From assembly GCA_038087875.1 (NCBI GenBank), contig CM075993.1:6636001-6700000 (forward strand): a stretch of DNA of 64,000 nt, written 5' to 3'. Shown piece after piece: positions 47,601 through 59,060 of this stretch. Position 1 is the first letter of the stretch. Each line of letters starts with the position of its first letter. Origin of the DNA: Malacoraja senta (taxonomy: Eukaryota). A program made the position numbers and the translations under genes. The notes beneath the pieces were generated by a model, which was not told the DNA's origin, ran no database searches, and worked only from the letters and a program-made list of their open reading frames with translations.

Positions 47601-50600
47601 CACGCAGTCACAGGGAGAACGTGCAAAAACCACACAGGCAGGGCCGTGGATCAGAATCGAACCCGGGTCTCTGGCGCTGTGAGGCAGCAGCTCTACCCGC
47701 TGCGTGACACTGCCGCCCTTGTGTTTTGTTTGCCATCCTAGCATTTGCAGTCTCCAAAATCCCCATCTGACCTTTTAAATTGTTCAGTGCCACCCCTAAG
47801 GATACTTTGGTCATGGTATATAGTAAAATAAAACTTGGCAGTGTACTGGCGAAATATTGTGATTGCATCAGCCTCCATAACTTCCTCTGGCAACTCCTTC
47901 CAGAAAATTATCAACCTCAGAGTGGAAAAATATACTCCTCAGATCCCATTTAAATCTCTTTCCCCTCTCACCCTAAACCTGCGTCCTCCAGTTCTAGCCT
48001 CCCCCGTCCTGCGGGAATGATTGTAACTATTTATCCTCTCAATACCCCTCATCCCTTTATAAACATCCACAAGGTCACGTCACATCCTCATGTATCCCAC
48101 TGAGAATTAACCTAGTCTATCCAATCTCTCCTTATATCTCCAGTACATTTCTCCTTTCCAGGCAACATCCTGCTGAAGATAGACATAAAGTGCTGGAGTA
48201 ACTCAGCGGGTCAATAGACAATAGACAATCGACAATATGTGCAGGAGGAGGCCATTCGGCCCTGATTGGGGATGATCAGCCATGATCACATTGAATGGCG
48301 GTATTCAATGTGATCATGGCTGATCATCCCCAATCAGTACCCCGTTCCTGCCTTCTCCCCATATCCCCTGACTCCGGTATTTTTAAGAGCCCTATCTAGC
48401 TCTCTCTTGAAAGCATCCAGAGAACCGGTCTCCACAGCCCTCTGAGGCAGAGAATTCCACAGAGGTCAGGCAGCATCTGTGGAGAAAAAGGATGGGCGAT
48501 GTTTCGACTCTGGGGAAGGATAGCGATCCGAAACGTCACCCATCCTATTTATCCAGAGATGCTGACTGCTGAGTTACTCCAGCACTTTGTGTCTATCTTT
48601 GGTATAAATCAGCATCTGCCTTCCTAAACATCCTGGTGAATCTCTTCCACACTCTCTCTATCGCTACCACTTCCTTCCTGTTGTACGATGACCAGAACTG
48701 TGCAGAATTCTCCAAGTTCTGTCCAACCAATGTTTTATACAACTTCAACATGACTTCCCAACAATGCTTCAGCCTATAAAAGCAAGCATTCAAATGACTT
48801 GTGTAGGAAGGAACTTCAGATGCTGGTTTAAACCGAAGATAGACACAAAAGGACAGAACGCCATCCCAACCTACCACTTCAGTTTAAAAGTTTAAGAAAG
48901 AACTGCAGATGCTGGAAAAATCGAAGGTAGACAAAAATGCTGGAGAAACTCAGAGAGTGAGGCAGGCATCTATGGAGCGAAGGAATAGGTGACGTTTCGG
49001 GTCAAGGTCTGAGGAAGGGTCTCGACCCGAAACATCACCTATTTCCTTCGCTCCATAGATGCTGCCTCACCCGCTGAGTTTCTCCAGCATTTTTGTCTAA
49101 CTTCAGTTTAACTTCAGTTTAAAACCCTATTTCAGATCTAATGGATAAAGTATGTGGTATCTTCCTCCTGCTGCTTTAAGGAGTTCTCTTTGCACTGGTC
49201 TGTATCTAACAACACAAAACAATGTTGGATTGGGATTAAAGGGAAGTTGCACCTGAACTGTCCGTGTCGGAGAGACACAAAATATTGGAGTAACTCAGCG
49301 GGACAGGCAGCATCTCTGGGGAGAAGGAATGGGTGATGTTTCAGGTCATGAAATCAGGACCGAAATCGAGAAGGTGTGAAAACAAAACATCAAAGGGGAT
49401 GGAGATCAAGGACAATGTAAAATAGATCAATGTTAGCGAGGAGAAAGTGACAACAAAGCAAACAGAGATAGAATGTAACCGGGGATAGTCAGACTGGTGG
49501 GAGAACTGGGAAGGGGGAGGGGATGGAGAGAGAGGGAAAGCAAGGGTTACTTGAAGTTAGAGAAGCCAATGTTCATACCGCTGGGGTGTAAGCTGCCCAA
49601 GCGAAATACAAGGTGCTGTTCCTCCAATTTGCGCTGGGCCTCACTCTGACAATGGAGGAGGCCCAGGACAGAAAGGTCCGTGTGGGAATGGGAGGGGGAG
49701 ATCAGGTAGGTTGAGGTGGGCTGAGCGGAGGTGTTGAGCGAAATGATCGCCACACTTCTTCACTCCCCTATCCTCCTGCGTCACCACTTTCAGGGAGCTG
49801 TGAACTTGCAGCCGAGATCCCTCTGTACATCAACAGTCACGAAGCCCCTGCCTCATAATTCCATATAACTCCCCCCCAGAATCCGACTTCCTAATGTCTT
49901 TTACATCATACATTATATTCCATCTGCCACCTCTGCACCCAACCTCTCAGTGATCTATTCCTGCTGATCAGATTATCTACACTCTAATCCAAGTCGTTTA
50001 TAAATATGACGAACAACAAATGTCCCAGGGTGGCCTGGTGGCGCAGTGGCAGAGTCGTTGCCTTACAGTGCCAGATACCCAGGTTCGATCCTGACTATGG
50101 GTGCTGTCTGTATGGAGTATGTACGTTCTCCCCGTGACCTGTGTGGGCTTTCGCCACGTGCTCCGATTTCCTCCCACACTCCAAAGACGTGCAGGTGTGT
50201 AGATTAATTGGCTTGGCATAATTGTAAATTGTCCCTCGTGTGTGTAGGATAGGCAATAGACAATAGGTGCAGGAGTAGGCCGTTCGGCCCTTCGGCCCTT
50301 CGAGCCAGCACCGCCATTCAATGTGATCATGGCTCATGGATAGTGTTAATGTGCTGGGATCGCTGGTCAGTGCGGACTCGGTGGGCCGAAGGGCCTGTTT
50401 CCTCGCATTATCTCGAAACTAAACAAAACTGATCCTAGTGGTACACCACTTGTCACAGATTCCCAGTTGAAAAATACTCCTCATCACTACCCTCTGCCTC
50501 CTATCAACAAGTTAATTTTGGATCTAGTTTGAGAACTAGATACAAGATCCCCTGTGCCTTAACCTTCTGGGCCAAACTACCACGTGGGACTGTGTCACAC

Positions 50601-53130
50601 GTCTAACTAGCGTCCATGAAAAACTAAGCCGAATTTGTCCATTGTCGGGCTCTGTTACATCAGTGATAGGAACAGAATAAGGCCACTCGGCCCATCAGCT
50701 ACTCCACCATTCAATCATGGCTGATCTATCTCTCCCTCTCAACCCCATTCTCTTGCCTTCTCCCCATAACCCCTGACGCCTGTACTAATCCAGAATCTAT
50801 CTATCTCTGCCTTAAAAATATCCATTGACTTGGCCTGCACAGCTGTCGGTGGTAATGAATTCCACCCTGTTTGATAAAGTCCTTGTTATCCAAAGTCGTC
50901 GTGCCCTCCTACCTTTTAAGAGGTTCTTAGCTGACTTGGCATCCTCAGTTTTCGCTCCACTTTTGCCAGGGTCCACGGAACTCTCTACTTTGTCCGCAGG
51001 CTCCTCGTACAGCTTGGGCACTTCCAGCGTGGACATCTTGCGTGCTGTCGTTGGGGATCGCCTCTCCAGTGGCGCATTCTGCTGCACCGCAGGGGCCTGC
51101 AACAGTGCCACGCTTCTCTTGAGCGCCAATGGGAAGCGAGCCGGCTCCTCCTCGGCGTGGCTGGCATCCCCCTCGGCAAGGACCTTCCTCGCCACCTCCT
51201 CTTTCTTCGTGTGCACCGACAAGGCGGGCAGGTCCGCCGCCAGCGCTTCAGATTCCTCCACTTGTTTGGACCTGGGCAGGAAGATCTTGCGGCGGGCACC
51301 TGAGGCGAGTTCCGCCGGCGTGGCGGATGGGATGGCGGGCAGAGCGTCGATGGGCTTCATCTTGGCGCTGGAGCCTTGCGCAGGCGGGACTTCTTTCTTC
51401 ATTGCCTCGGTATCCTCTACTCTCTCCTGCGTTGTGCTCTTCAATGCTACGTTGTCCACCACGATGAATGGCACTTGGCTTATTTCCACCCGTACATCTG
51501 AAGTCATCTTTGTTGGCTGCGAAACATCTACATCGTCAGTACTTTGTCTTGGAGCAGGAACCAATGTCACTTGCAACAGATTAGATCGGTCACCGCTAAT
51601 TTCCCCAGCACTATTTTGTTCCTCTGCTTTATCTACCAGACTCTTGTGTGTGGTTAAGTCCATTTTACTTTCACTCACTCTACCTTGCTCTTCCTCTGGA
51701 CCTTCGAGGCTCTTGACGTCCAAGCTTGCTGGAGCAGAAGAGACCATTCCAAGCCTTGGAAGTCTTAATGCCTCCACTTGACTTGGTTGAGTATACTTGT
51801 CCAATGGCATCTCAGGGGCAGCTGTTGGTTGAAGAGGTGTCTCGCGATCCTCCGTGTCCACCACATCAGGAGCACTGCCATCGTCAAGGGTGGTCCAGGA
51901 TGCAACGTTGGAGAGGGGAGCACTTGACGATGGCGGCACAATGATAGCAGTGCCCACGTTAAGTTCTTCCACGGTGGTCAATAGTGACCTAATGATGAAT
52001 TCAACGGGGTCAATATCTACATCTGCTGGTGGCGCATCCAATGGATGGTCTTCTTCGGGAAGATGGTGATCTTCAGTGCTGGCTGGGAGCACGTTTGCTG
52101 CAGTTGGGGAAACGTCCGACTCCAACGATATCTCCACGCCAGTGGCTACCAATTCAGATGTATCTGTATGTTCCTTAGTTTTGTGCAGCTCACCCTTGTC
52201 TGAGAGTAGATCCGGGACAGGCAAGTTATCGGCTGTTGCTTCTGGTTTTCCCACTCTGGTGACAGATTTTTCACCCGACAGAAAACTGGGTAGCTTTAAG
52301 TACGATAGAAACTTTTCGACCAAGTGCGTGCCAAAACCATCTGCGGACGTGTGGGCCGGCTCCACCTCCTCCTTGGGTCTCGCTTCCTTCTCCTCATTGA
52401 CGTTCAACAGTTCGTCTTCCACCTCAGCCACCATTTCCTCAGAGACTTTCTCGTTCTCGACACTCTCCTCGCGAGAAACCTCTTCAACCAAAGGAACCTC
52501 CGAACCAGTGGATGGAGCATCAGGCTGAGAACCTGCGACAACTTGTTGGCCTGGTATCTCCTCTACAACTAGAGGCTCTTCGTCTACAAGTATCATCTTC
52601 TCTCCGGAGGTTTGAGGGATAGCAACGATTTGGGAGCCGACGGCAAGAGGTGTGGTGGAGATTTCCATTGCTTTGATATCGGTTGTGCTCTTCAATGCTA
52701 CGTTGTCCACCACGATGAATGGCACTTGGCTTATTTCCACCCGTACATCTGAAGTCATCCTTGTTGGCTGCGAAACATCTATATCTTCAGTACTTTGTCT
52801 TGGAGCAGGTACCGTTTCATCACTGGGAACCAATGTCACTTGCAACTGGTGGGCAGTCTGGTTTATCCTTCCAGCCACTGGGCTAGCTTCTTCATCACTC
52901 TGAGGTGGTGATGTGCCTTCCCTGCGGCAGTCCATCAGCTCCGCCTCCGTCTCCCCAGAGGCCAAGGTGACAGGGACGGGCGTCTCGCCCGAGATATCCG
53001 TTAGCTCCGAGCTGCTGGGGATGTCCAATTTCTCCCACTCGTCGCTGACGGTACCAACGCTGCCCTCACTGTCCACCTTCTCCGAGACGGGGGAACTATT
53101 AGGTTCTGCCCCTTGCCTTAGCCCCATGGC
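38161..53130 (-). CDS. alpk3: Alpha-protein kinase 3, 3' part of gene (large low-complexity exon, Ig-like domain, alpha-kinase domain, basic tail), 9 coding exons
   Basis: Spliced exons total 3627 nt (1208 aa + TAG) in consistent phase. Motifs [80 protein letters not shown] and HQCNxxC match ALPK3. Confidence 0.96.
38269..38439 (-). repeat. Coding 30-bp tandem repeat (SPxxxRKGxx, about 6 units) in the ALPK3 last exon
   Basis: Exact 30-nt periodicity; units GCCTGGCCCTTCCTTTGGGACTGAGGACTA are nearly identical. Confidence 0.93.
38862..39089. mobile_element. PIF/Harbinger-type MITE (228 bp)
   Basis: TIR AGGGCCTGTCCCACTTGGC; flanks TAA/TAG splitting the host consensus gctggag-TAA-ctca. Confidence 0.88.
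40083..40131 (-). CDS. alpk3: ALPK3 49-nt exon ([17 protein letters not shown])
   Basis: acatag|GG...GG|gtaagt, phase 1-2 fits both neighbours. Confidence 0.9.
40433..41047. mobile_element. Composite Harbinger-type MITE with two right ends
   Basis: Left TIR AGGGCCTGTCCCACTTGGCCGTCA; right TIR-like copies end at about 40606 and 41047. Confidence 0.75.
41383..41600 (-). CDS. alpk3: ALPK3 exon ([18 protein letters not shown]...LLVTDLQ)
   Basis: tcccag|G...G|gtaggg, 218 nt. Confidence 0.96.
41678..41766 (-). CDS. alpk3: ALPK3 exon ([29 protein letters not shown])
   Basis: ttacag|GAA...GA|gtaagt, 89 nt. Confidence 0.95.
43922..44196 (-). CDS. alpk3: ALPK3 exon, alpha-kinase N-lobe (VGEEIEMTP...HDLTMQ)
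   Basis: ttccag|TG...CAA|gtaagt, 275 nt. Confidence 0.96.
44294..44329 (-). CDS. alpk3: ALPK3 36-nt micro-exon ([12 protein letters not shown])
   Basis: ctctag|TG...G|gtaagg, phase 1-1; joins the flanking exons in frame. Confidence 0.9.
44490..44900 (+). mobile_element. CR1-type LINE 3' fragment
   Basis: ORF 44547..44852 ORF2 C-terminus plus 3' UTR. Confidence 0.88.
46154..46281 (-). CDS. alpk3: ALPK3 exon, Ig-like domain part 2 ([42 protein letters not shown])
   Basis: ttccag|C...A|gtaagt, 128 nt; DxGxYxC I-set motif. Confidence 0.95.
46557..46704 (-). CDS. alpk3: ALPK3 exon, Ig-like domain part 1 (APQVIRKIR...KLKR)
   Basis: ctttag|CT...AG|gtaggc, 148 nt. Confidence 0.95.
49272..49752 (-). 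mobile_element. Penelope-like 3' remnant
   Basis: ORF 49547..49753 ([41 protein letters not shown]) followed by UTR and terminal module. Confidence 0.8.
50913..53130 (-). CDS. alpk3: ALPK3 large exon (2218 nt, acidic/Pro/Ser-rich)
   Basis: ttccag|GCC ATG...AAA G|gtagga; corresponds to ORF 50812..53127; ends KNLLK before the Ig exon. Confidence 0.92.
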
Positions 53131-56017
53131 CTGGAAAACACAAGCAGAAGAGAGGTGGCCTTTAACTTAGGCTCAAAAGTTATGCCAAAGAAGTTCAGCC
53201 ATTTGGGCTTCATTTGCTCGGGAGAAGGAGCTCATAAAGATTGTTAATCGTGAGTGGGTTAAAAAAAGACACAAAGTGCTGGAGTCACTCAGCGGTTCAG
53301 ACAGCATCACTGGAGAACATTAATAGGTGGCGTCTCTAGTCAGGACCTTTCTTCCGACACCAGTCTGGAGAAGGGTCCCGACCCGAAATGTCACCTGACA
53401 GGTCACCAATCCATGTTCTCTAGAGATGCTACCTGCCCCGCTGAGTTACTCCAGCATTGTGTGTCATTCAATCATGGCTGATCTATCTTTCCCTTTTAAC
53501 CCCATTCTCCTGCCTTCTCCACATGACATTTGAACCCTTACGAATCAAGAATCTGATATCGATACTCCTCATGATTACACAGTTTTCCTTCCACTTGCTT
53601 CAGGGAAAATGGACCCAGTCTCTCCAGCCTCTCCTTATAACTCAAATCTTCCATACCCGATAATATCTGAAGAAGGGTCTCGACCCAAAACGTCACCGAT
53701 TCCTTATCTCCAGAGATTTTGTCTATCTATTTGTGTATCTCTTCATAGACCATTTTTTCATCTTTTCCTGTATAATGACATTGTTCCTGCTGCAGGGAGA
53801 CCAGAACTGTATCTGAAATGTGGCCTCGCCAACATCTTGTACAGCTGTAACATGACCACCCAACTCCTGACTCAATACACTGACTGAAGCAGACTGGTCA
53901 AAATATATAGTTAAATGTTAGAAAACCCTTCACACTCACACACTACCCAGGAATCATAAATACTGTTTAATTCAGCACCCATTTCATTCGATATGTTAGT
54001 AAATTTCACACATATTAATAAAAGTACAGTAGGAGTCATAAAAAATTCTTTCACGCTCTCAATAGGTTCTTGGTTTGGGGACAACTCCATCCGATGACAA
54101 GAGACCTCAGAGAAGGACACAAGATGCTGGAGTAACAGCGGCTCACGCAGCGTTTCAGGAGAACATGGAGAGGTGACGTTTCGGGTCAGGAACCATCTTC
54201 TGACTGAAAGATAAAGGTGGGGCGGACTGGAGGCGAGAAAAGGCTGGAACATATCAGTGCCGGCAACAGATGACCTCAGGAAGGGTGGAGCCCGTTTCGG
54301 GTCGAGACCCTTCTTGACAGAGAGCAGGAGGAATCACAGAGGAGCAGCAAGGAAGTCCCTTTCCCCTGACTAGTCTGAAGAAAGGGTTCAACCCGAAACA
54401 TCACCCATTCCTTCTCTCCAGAGATGCTGCCTGTCCCGCTGAGTTACTCCAGCAGTTTGTGTCTATCTCCCCTCTACTTCATTGGAGACTTTTGAACTAT
54501 CTATAATCGGACTTCAATGTTATATAAATGTTGTACATTTTACCCTTTATCTATGCACCATGGACAGCTTGATTGTATTTATGCATAGTCTTTTCTTTGA
54601 ATAGCATGCAAACAGAAGCTTTTCACTGTACCTCGGTGCTCGTGACAATATTAAACCAAACTACTGTGCTGGAAGGAACTGCAGATGCTGGTTTACACTG
54701 AAGATAAACACAAAATGCTGGAGTAACTCAGCGGGACAGGCAGCATCTCTGGAGAGAAGGAATGGGTGACGTTTCGAGTCTGAAGAAGGGTCTCGACCCG
54801 AAACGTCACCCATTCCTTCTATCCAGAGATGCTGCCTGTCCCGCTGAACCAAACTAACTTTTGTCAGAATTAGTGGCTAAAACTTTATATGCAGCAGGCT
54901 TCCACAAAACAGAGAGTTGCAGTGACTTTAGTTGATGGGGGAAGGCTGGCTGGGAGACAAGGACAACTCCCACCAGCTTAACACGTGCCAGAGGATCAGT
55001 TATCTCACAGCAGAAGGCAGATAAAATAACATCAGAAGCAACTGCGGTTGACAGGAGAGATTGAGAGTTTGATTATCATTGAAGCTGCCTTATCAGAGTG
55101 TTAGGATCACATGCTTTATGAATGACTAGACCAAGTGGGACTCGTTGGGTCCCGTTTCGTCCAAATTCATAGATTAGCAGGTTTGTGCCTCTGTGTTAAG
55201 AACCAATATGTATATGAGTAAGTTTCATTTAGTACAGCACAGAAATAGGCCCTTTGGCTCACCGAGTCTGCACCAACCAGCGATCCCCGCACATTAACAC
55301 CATCCTACACACACTAGGGACAATTTACATTTATACCAAGCCAATTAACCTAGAAACCTGGCAGGAAACCAAAGGTCTCGGAGAAAACCCACCCACATCA
55401 CGGGGAGAACGTGCAAACTCTGTACAGACAGCACCCGTAGTCGGGATCGAGCCCGGGTCTCCGGCGCTGTAAGGCAGCAACTCTACCGCTGCGCCACCAT
55501 GTCGGCCTTGCACATTTAAAATGTCCCCACAGCACTTCTAAGCTGAGGACAAAAAGCAGCTGTAATCAGGGCGGTGTTAGATTACTCAGCGAGCTCACAG
55601 TAAGATTCATTCCAATCATAAAGCCCAGGAACTCTTGAAAGAGATACAGTAAAACTCCGATAATCTGCAACCTGACTATTCGGGAGGGGTGACTCGATAG
55701 AAGTATAACAATATTATGAGGGGCGTAGATGGGATAAAGAGTCCGAACCTTATTCCCCAGGGTGGGAATGTCTAATAATAGTTGGCATAGATATCAGATA
55801 GGAGGGGGGAGTTTAATGGAGATGTGTGAGGCAGGTTTCTTTACACAGAGAGTGATGAGAGCCTGCACCGTACCGCCAAGGGTGGTGGTGGAGGCAGATA
55901 CGATGATGGCATTTTAGAGGCTTTTAGCCAGGCAAGGAATGGAGGGATGTGGATCATGTACAGGCAGATGAGATCAGTTTAAGATCTAATTTCCTAACGT
56001 CACAGAATTAGAAAGCA

Positions 56018-56314
56018 GGGCGGCACGATGGCGTCGTGGTAGAGCCACTGCCTTGCAGAGACAAAGACCCGGGTTTGATCCTGACTACGGGTGCTGTCTG
56101 TACGGAGTTTGTACGTTCTCCCCGTGACCTGCGTGGGTTTTCTCCGAGATCTTCGGTTTCCTCCCACACTCCAAAGACGTACAGGTTTGTATGTTGATTG
56201 GCTTGGTGTAAATGTAAAATTGTCCCCAGTGTGTGTAGGATAGTGTTAGTGCGCGGGGATCGCTGGTCGAGGTGGACTCGGTGGGCCAAAAGGCCTGTTA
56301 TCTCTAAACTAAAC
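56018..56314 (+). mobile_element. V-SINE copy
   Basis: Same architecture as 7116-7441. Confidence 0.85.
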
Positions 56315-56912
56315 AAAGTATTAATGCAAGCTGGGAGAAGCTGTAATCTGTACACTGTGGATGGCTTAATTGTAATCAAGTGTAGTCTTTTTAGCTGACC
56401 GGATAGCACGCAACAAAAAGCTTTTCACTGTACCTCAGTACATGTGGCAATAATAAACTAAACTAAACTCTTTCAAATGTGCAGGCCAATAAATCAATAC
56501 ATTGTTGTCATAGCAACCGAGAAAAACGTAAGTGCATCAAATTGTTTGCAATTATCCTGCAGGGGCCAAGGTGATGTCTTCCCACTTATTTTAGTTCAGT
56601 TTAGTTTTAGTTTAGAGATACAGCGTGGAAATAGGCCCTTCGGCCCGCCGAGTGCATACCGGCCATCCATCAGCCATTCACACTAGTTCCGTGTTATCCC
56701 ACTTTTGCATGCCACAGTCTTGGGGAAATTTACAGAAGCCAAATTAATCCACAAACCCGCACGTCTTTGGAATATGGGAGGAAACCGGAGCAGTCGGAGG
56801 AAGCCCATGCGGTCACAGGGAGAACGTGCAAACTCCATAGAAACGGCACCCATAGTCAGGATTGAACCGGGTTTCTGGCGCTGTGAGGCTACAGCTGATC
56901 ATTGTTAAGTTA

Positions 56913-57423
56913 AGGGCCTGTCCCACTTGGGCGACCTAATCCGCGATTTCTGGCGAGTTTGCCCTCGACTCATACTCGCAGCATGGCCGACACGAGGTCA
57001 TAGGAGGTCTTCGTAACTCTCCTTCATGCTCGAGAGTGGTTTCCGTGTACTCGAGGCCTCAGCTACGTCGCGGCGTTTTTTCAATATATTAAAAAAATGC
57101 CCACGAGTAAACAAAGGTCGCCATGGAAAAAAATCAATACTTTTTTTACTCTAAGGTTTAGTCGAAGTAGGTCGTAGTAGGTCGGCATGTTAGTCGTAGG
57201 TAATCGAGGGTAGTCGAAGGTAGTCGTAGATAGTCTTCATCATAGTCGAAGGGAGGTCGAAGGAGGTCGAAGGAGGTTGTCTTCACTCTCCACTATTCGG
57301 TGTCCAATTTCCCCGAAGTTAGTCGTAGCTAGTCTTCAACATAGTCGAAGGAGGTCGAAGGAGGTCTTCTACATGTCATTTTTTCAAACTCGCCAATTAG
57401 GTCGCCCAAGTGGGACAGCCCCT
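56913..57423. mobile_element. PIF/Harbinger-type MITE with internal GTCG(T/A)AG repeats
   Basis: TIR AGGGCCTGTCCCACTTGGGCGACCTAAT / ATTAGGTCGCCCAAGTGGGACAGCCCCT; flanks tta/tca. Confidence 0.85.
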
Positions 57424-58620
57424 TCACTGGGTTGGGATTGTGTATTGTTGTTGACTGAATGAAAGATGCAATGGAGGAGACTGTTTTAGATTATTTCATG
57501 GCTATGAAGGATGCAGGAAGGATGCGTTCCTTACTACCGATTTACTTTTGCTTTACCATTGCTTTTCCTACATCAACGAACTTATGAATACACCAAAAGA
57601 TAAATGTTTGTTAGAAATATGAAGAAAAATTCCAAGATGCCTTCATACATTTGGCAGTATATTTTGACCAGTAAAACAATACACAAATCTAACTCATAAA
57701 TATAATACGTAATTGAAAACATTATGTAAATGATGAAGAGAAGCATGTAAGGGGTTTCAAGAGAAACCAGGGAAGGAATGGAACTGCTCTGAGAGCTAAC
57801 ATATTTACGGGCCAAATGGCCTCCTTCTGTGTCAAGAGGAAATCTCTGGATTGGTGACATTTCAGCCAGCTGTCCGTAATTCTTATGGTGCAGGAGGGAA
57901 CTGCAGATGCTGGTTTACACCGAAGATAGACACAAGATGCTGGAGTAACTCGGCGGGACAGGCAGTATCTCTGGATAGAAGGAATGGGTGAAGTTTCAGG
58001 TCGAGACCCTTCTTCAGACAACCATTCCTTTTATCCAGAGATGCTGCCTGTCCCACTGAGTTACTCCAGCATTTTGTGTCTTCATTTTTCAGCCCTTGTC
58101 CTGATTTTCTTTATCAACAGGTTGGGAAATACATTCCAAAGTGGTTACAAACGTCTATTCATAGCTGCAGTTTATTTGTGACCCTCTCTTGCATTTTTTA
58201 TTCTTATTTGGGTAATTGTTGATGAAAGGTGCTGGTCCAACAGTTGCAAGGAGAATCATGTTATGTGTGGGAAAGAACTGCAGATGCTGGTTTAAATCGA
58301 AGGTAGACCCAAAATGCTGGAGTAACTCAGCGGGACAGGCAGCATCTCTGGAGAGGAGGAATGGGTGACATTTCGGGTCGAGACCCTTCTTCAAGTCTGA
58401 AGGAATCTGGATTGGTGACACTCCAGCTAGCCGAAGAAGGGTCTCGACCCAATGCATCACCCATTCCTTCTCTGCAGAGATGCTGCCTGTCCCGCTGAGT
58501 TACTCCAGCATTTTGTGTCTATCTTTGGTCTCTGGAGAAAATGGATCACCTGAATGACCCAAATCGTCACCTTATTCAGGTGATCCATTTCTCCAAAGAT
58601 GCTGCCTGACCCGCTGAGTT

Positions 58621-59060
58621 AGAGTCATAGAGTGATACAGTATGGAAACAGGCCCTTCGGCCCAACTTGCCCACACTGGCCAACATGTCCCAGCTACCCT
58701 AGTCCCACTTGCATGCACTTGGTCCATAACCTTCCAAACCTGTCCTATCCATGTACCTGTCCAATTGTTTCTTAAACGATGGGATAGTCCCAGCCTCAAC
58801 TACCTCCTCTGGCAGCTTGTTCCATACACCCACCACCCTCTGTGTGAAAAAGTTCACCCTCGCATTCCTATTAAATCTTTTCCCCTTCACTTTGAACCTA
58901 TGTCCTCTGGTCCTCGATGCCCCTACTCTGGGTAAAAGACTGTGCGTCTACCCGATCTATTCCTCTCATGATTTTGTACACCTCTATAAGATCTCCCCTC
59001 ATCCTCCTACGCTCCATGGAATAAAGTCCCAGTCTACTCAACCTCTCCCTATAGCTCACA
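58621..59060 (-). mobile_element. CR1-type LINE 3' fragment, second subfamily
   Basis: [34 protein letters not shown]; tail GGGCCGAAGGGCCTGTTTCC shared with the SINE. Confidence 0.88.

Noticed and set aside
50812..53127. 771-aa ORF as a stand-alone intronless gene
   Set aside because: It has a splice acceptor at 53131, a donor at 50912, and continues in phase into the Ig exon.
50825..53170. Long + strand ORFs (318 aa, 150 aa and others)
   Set aside because: Antisense shadows of the ALPK3 large exon, with no independent homology or splice structure.
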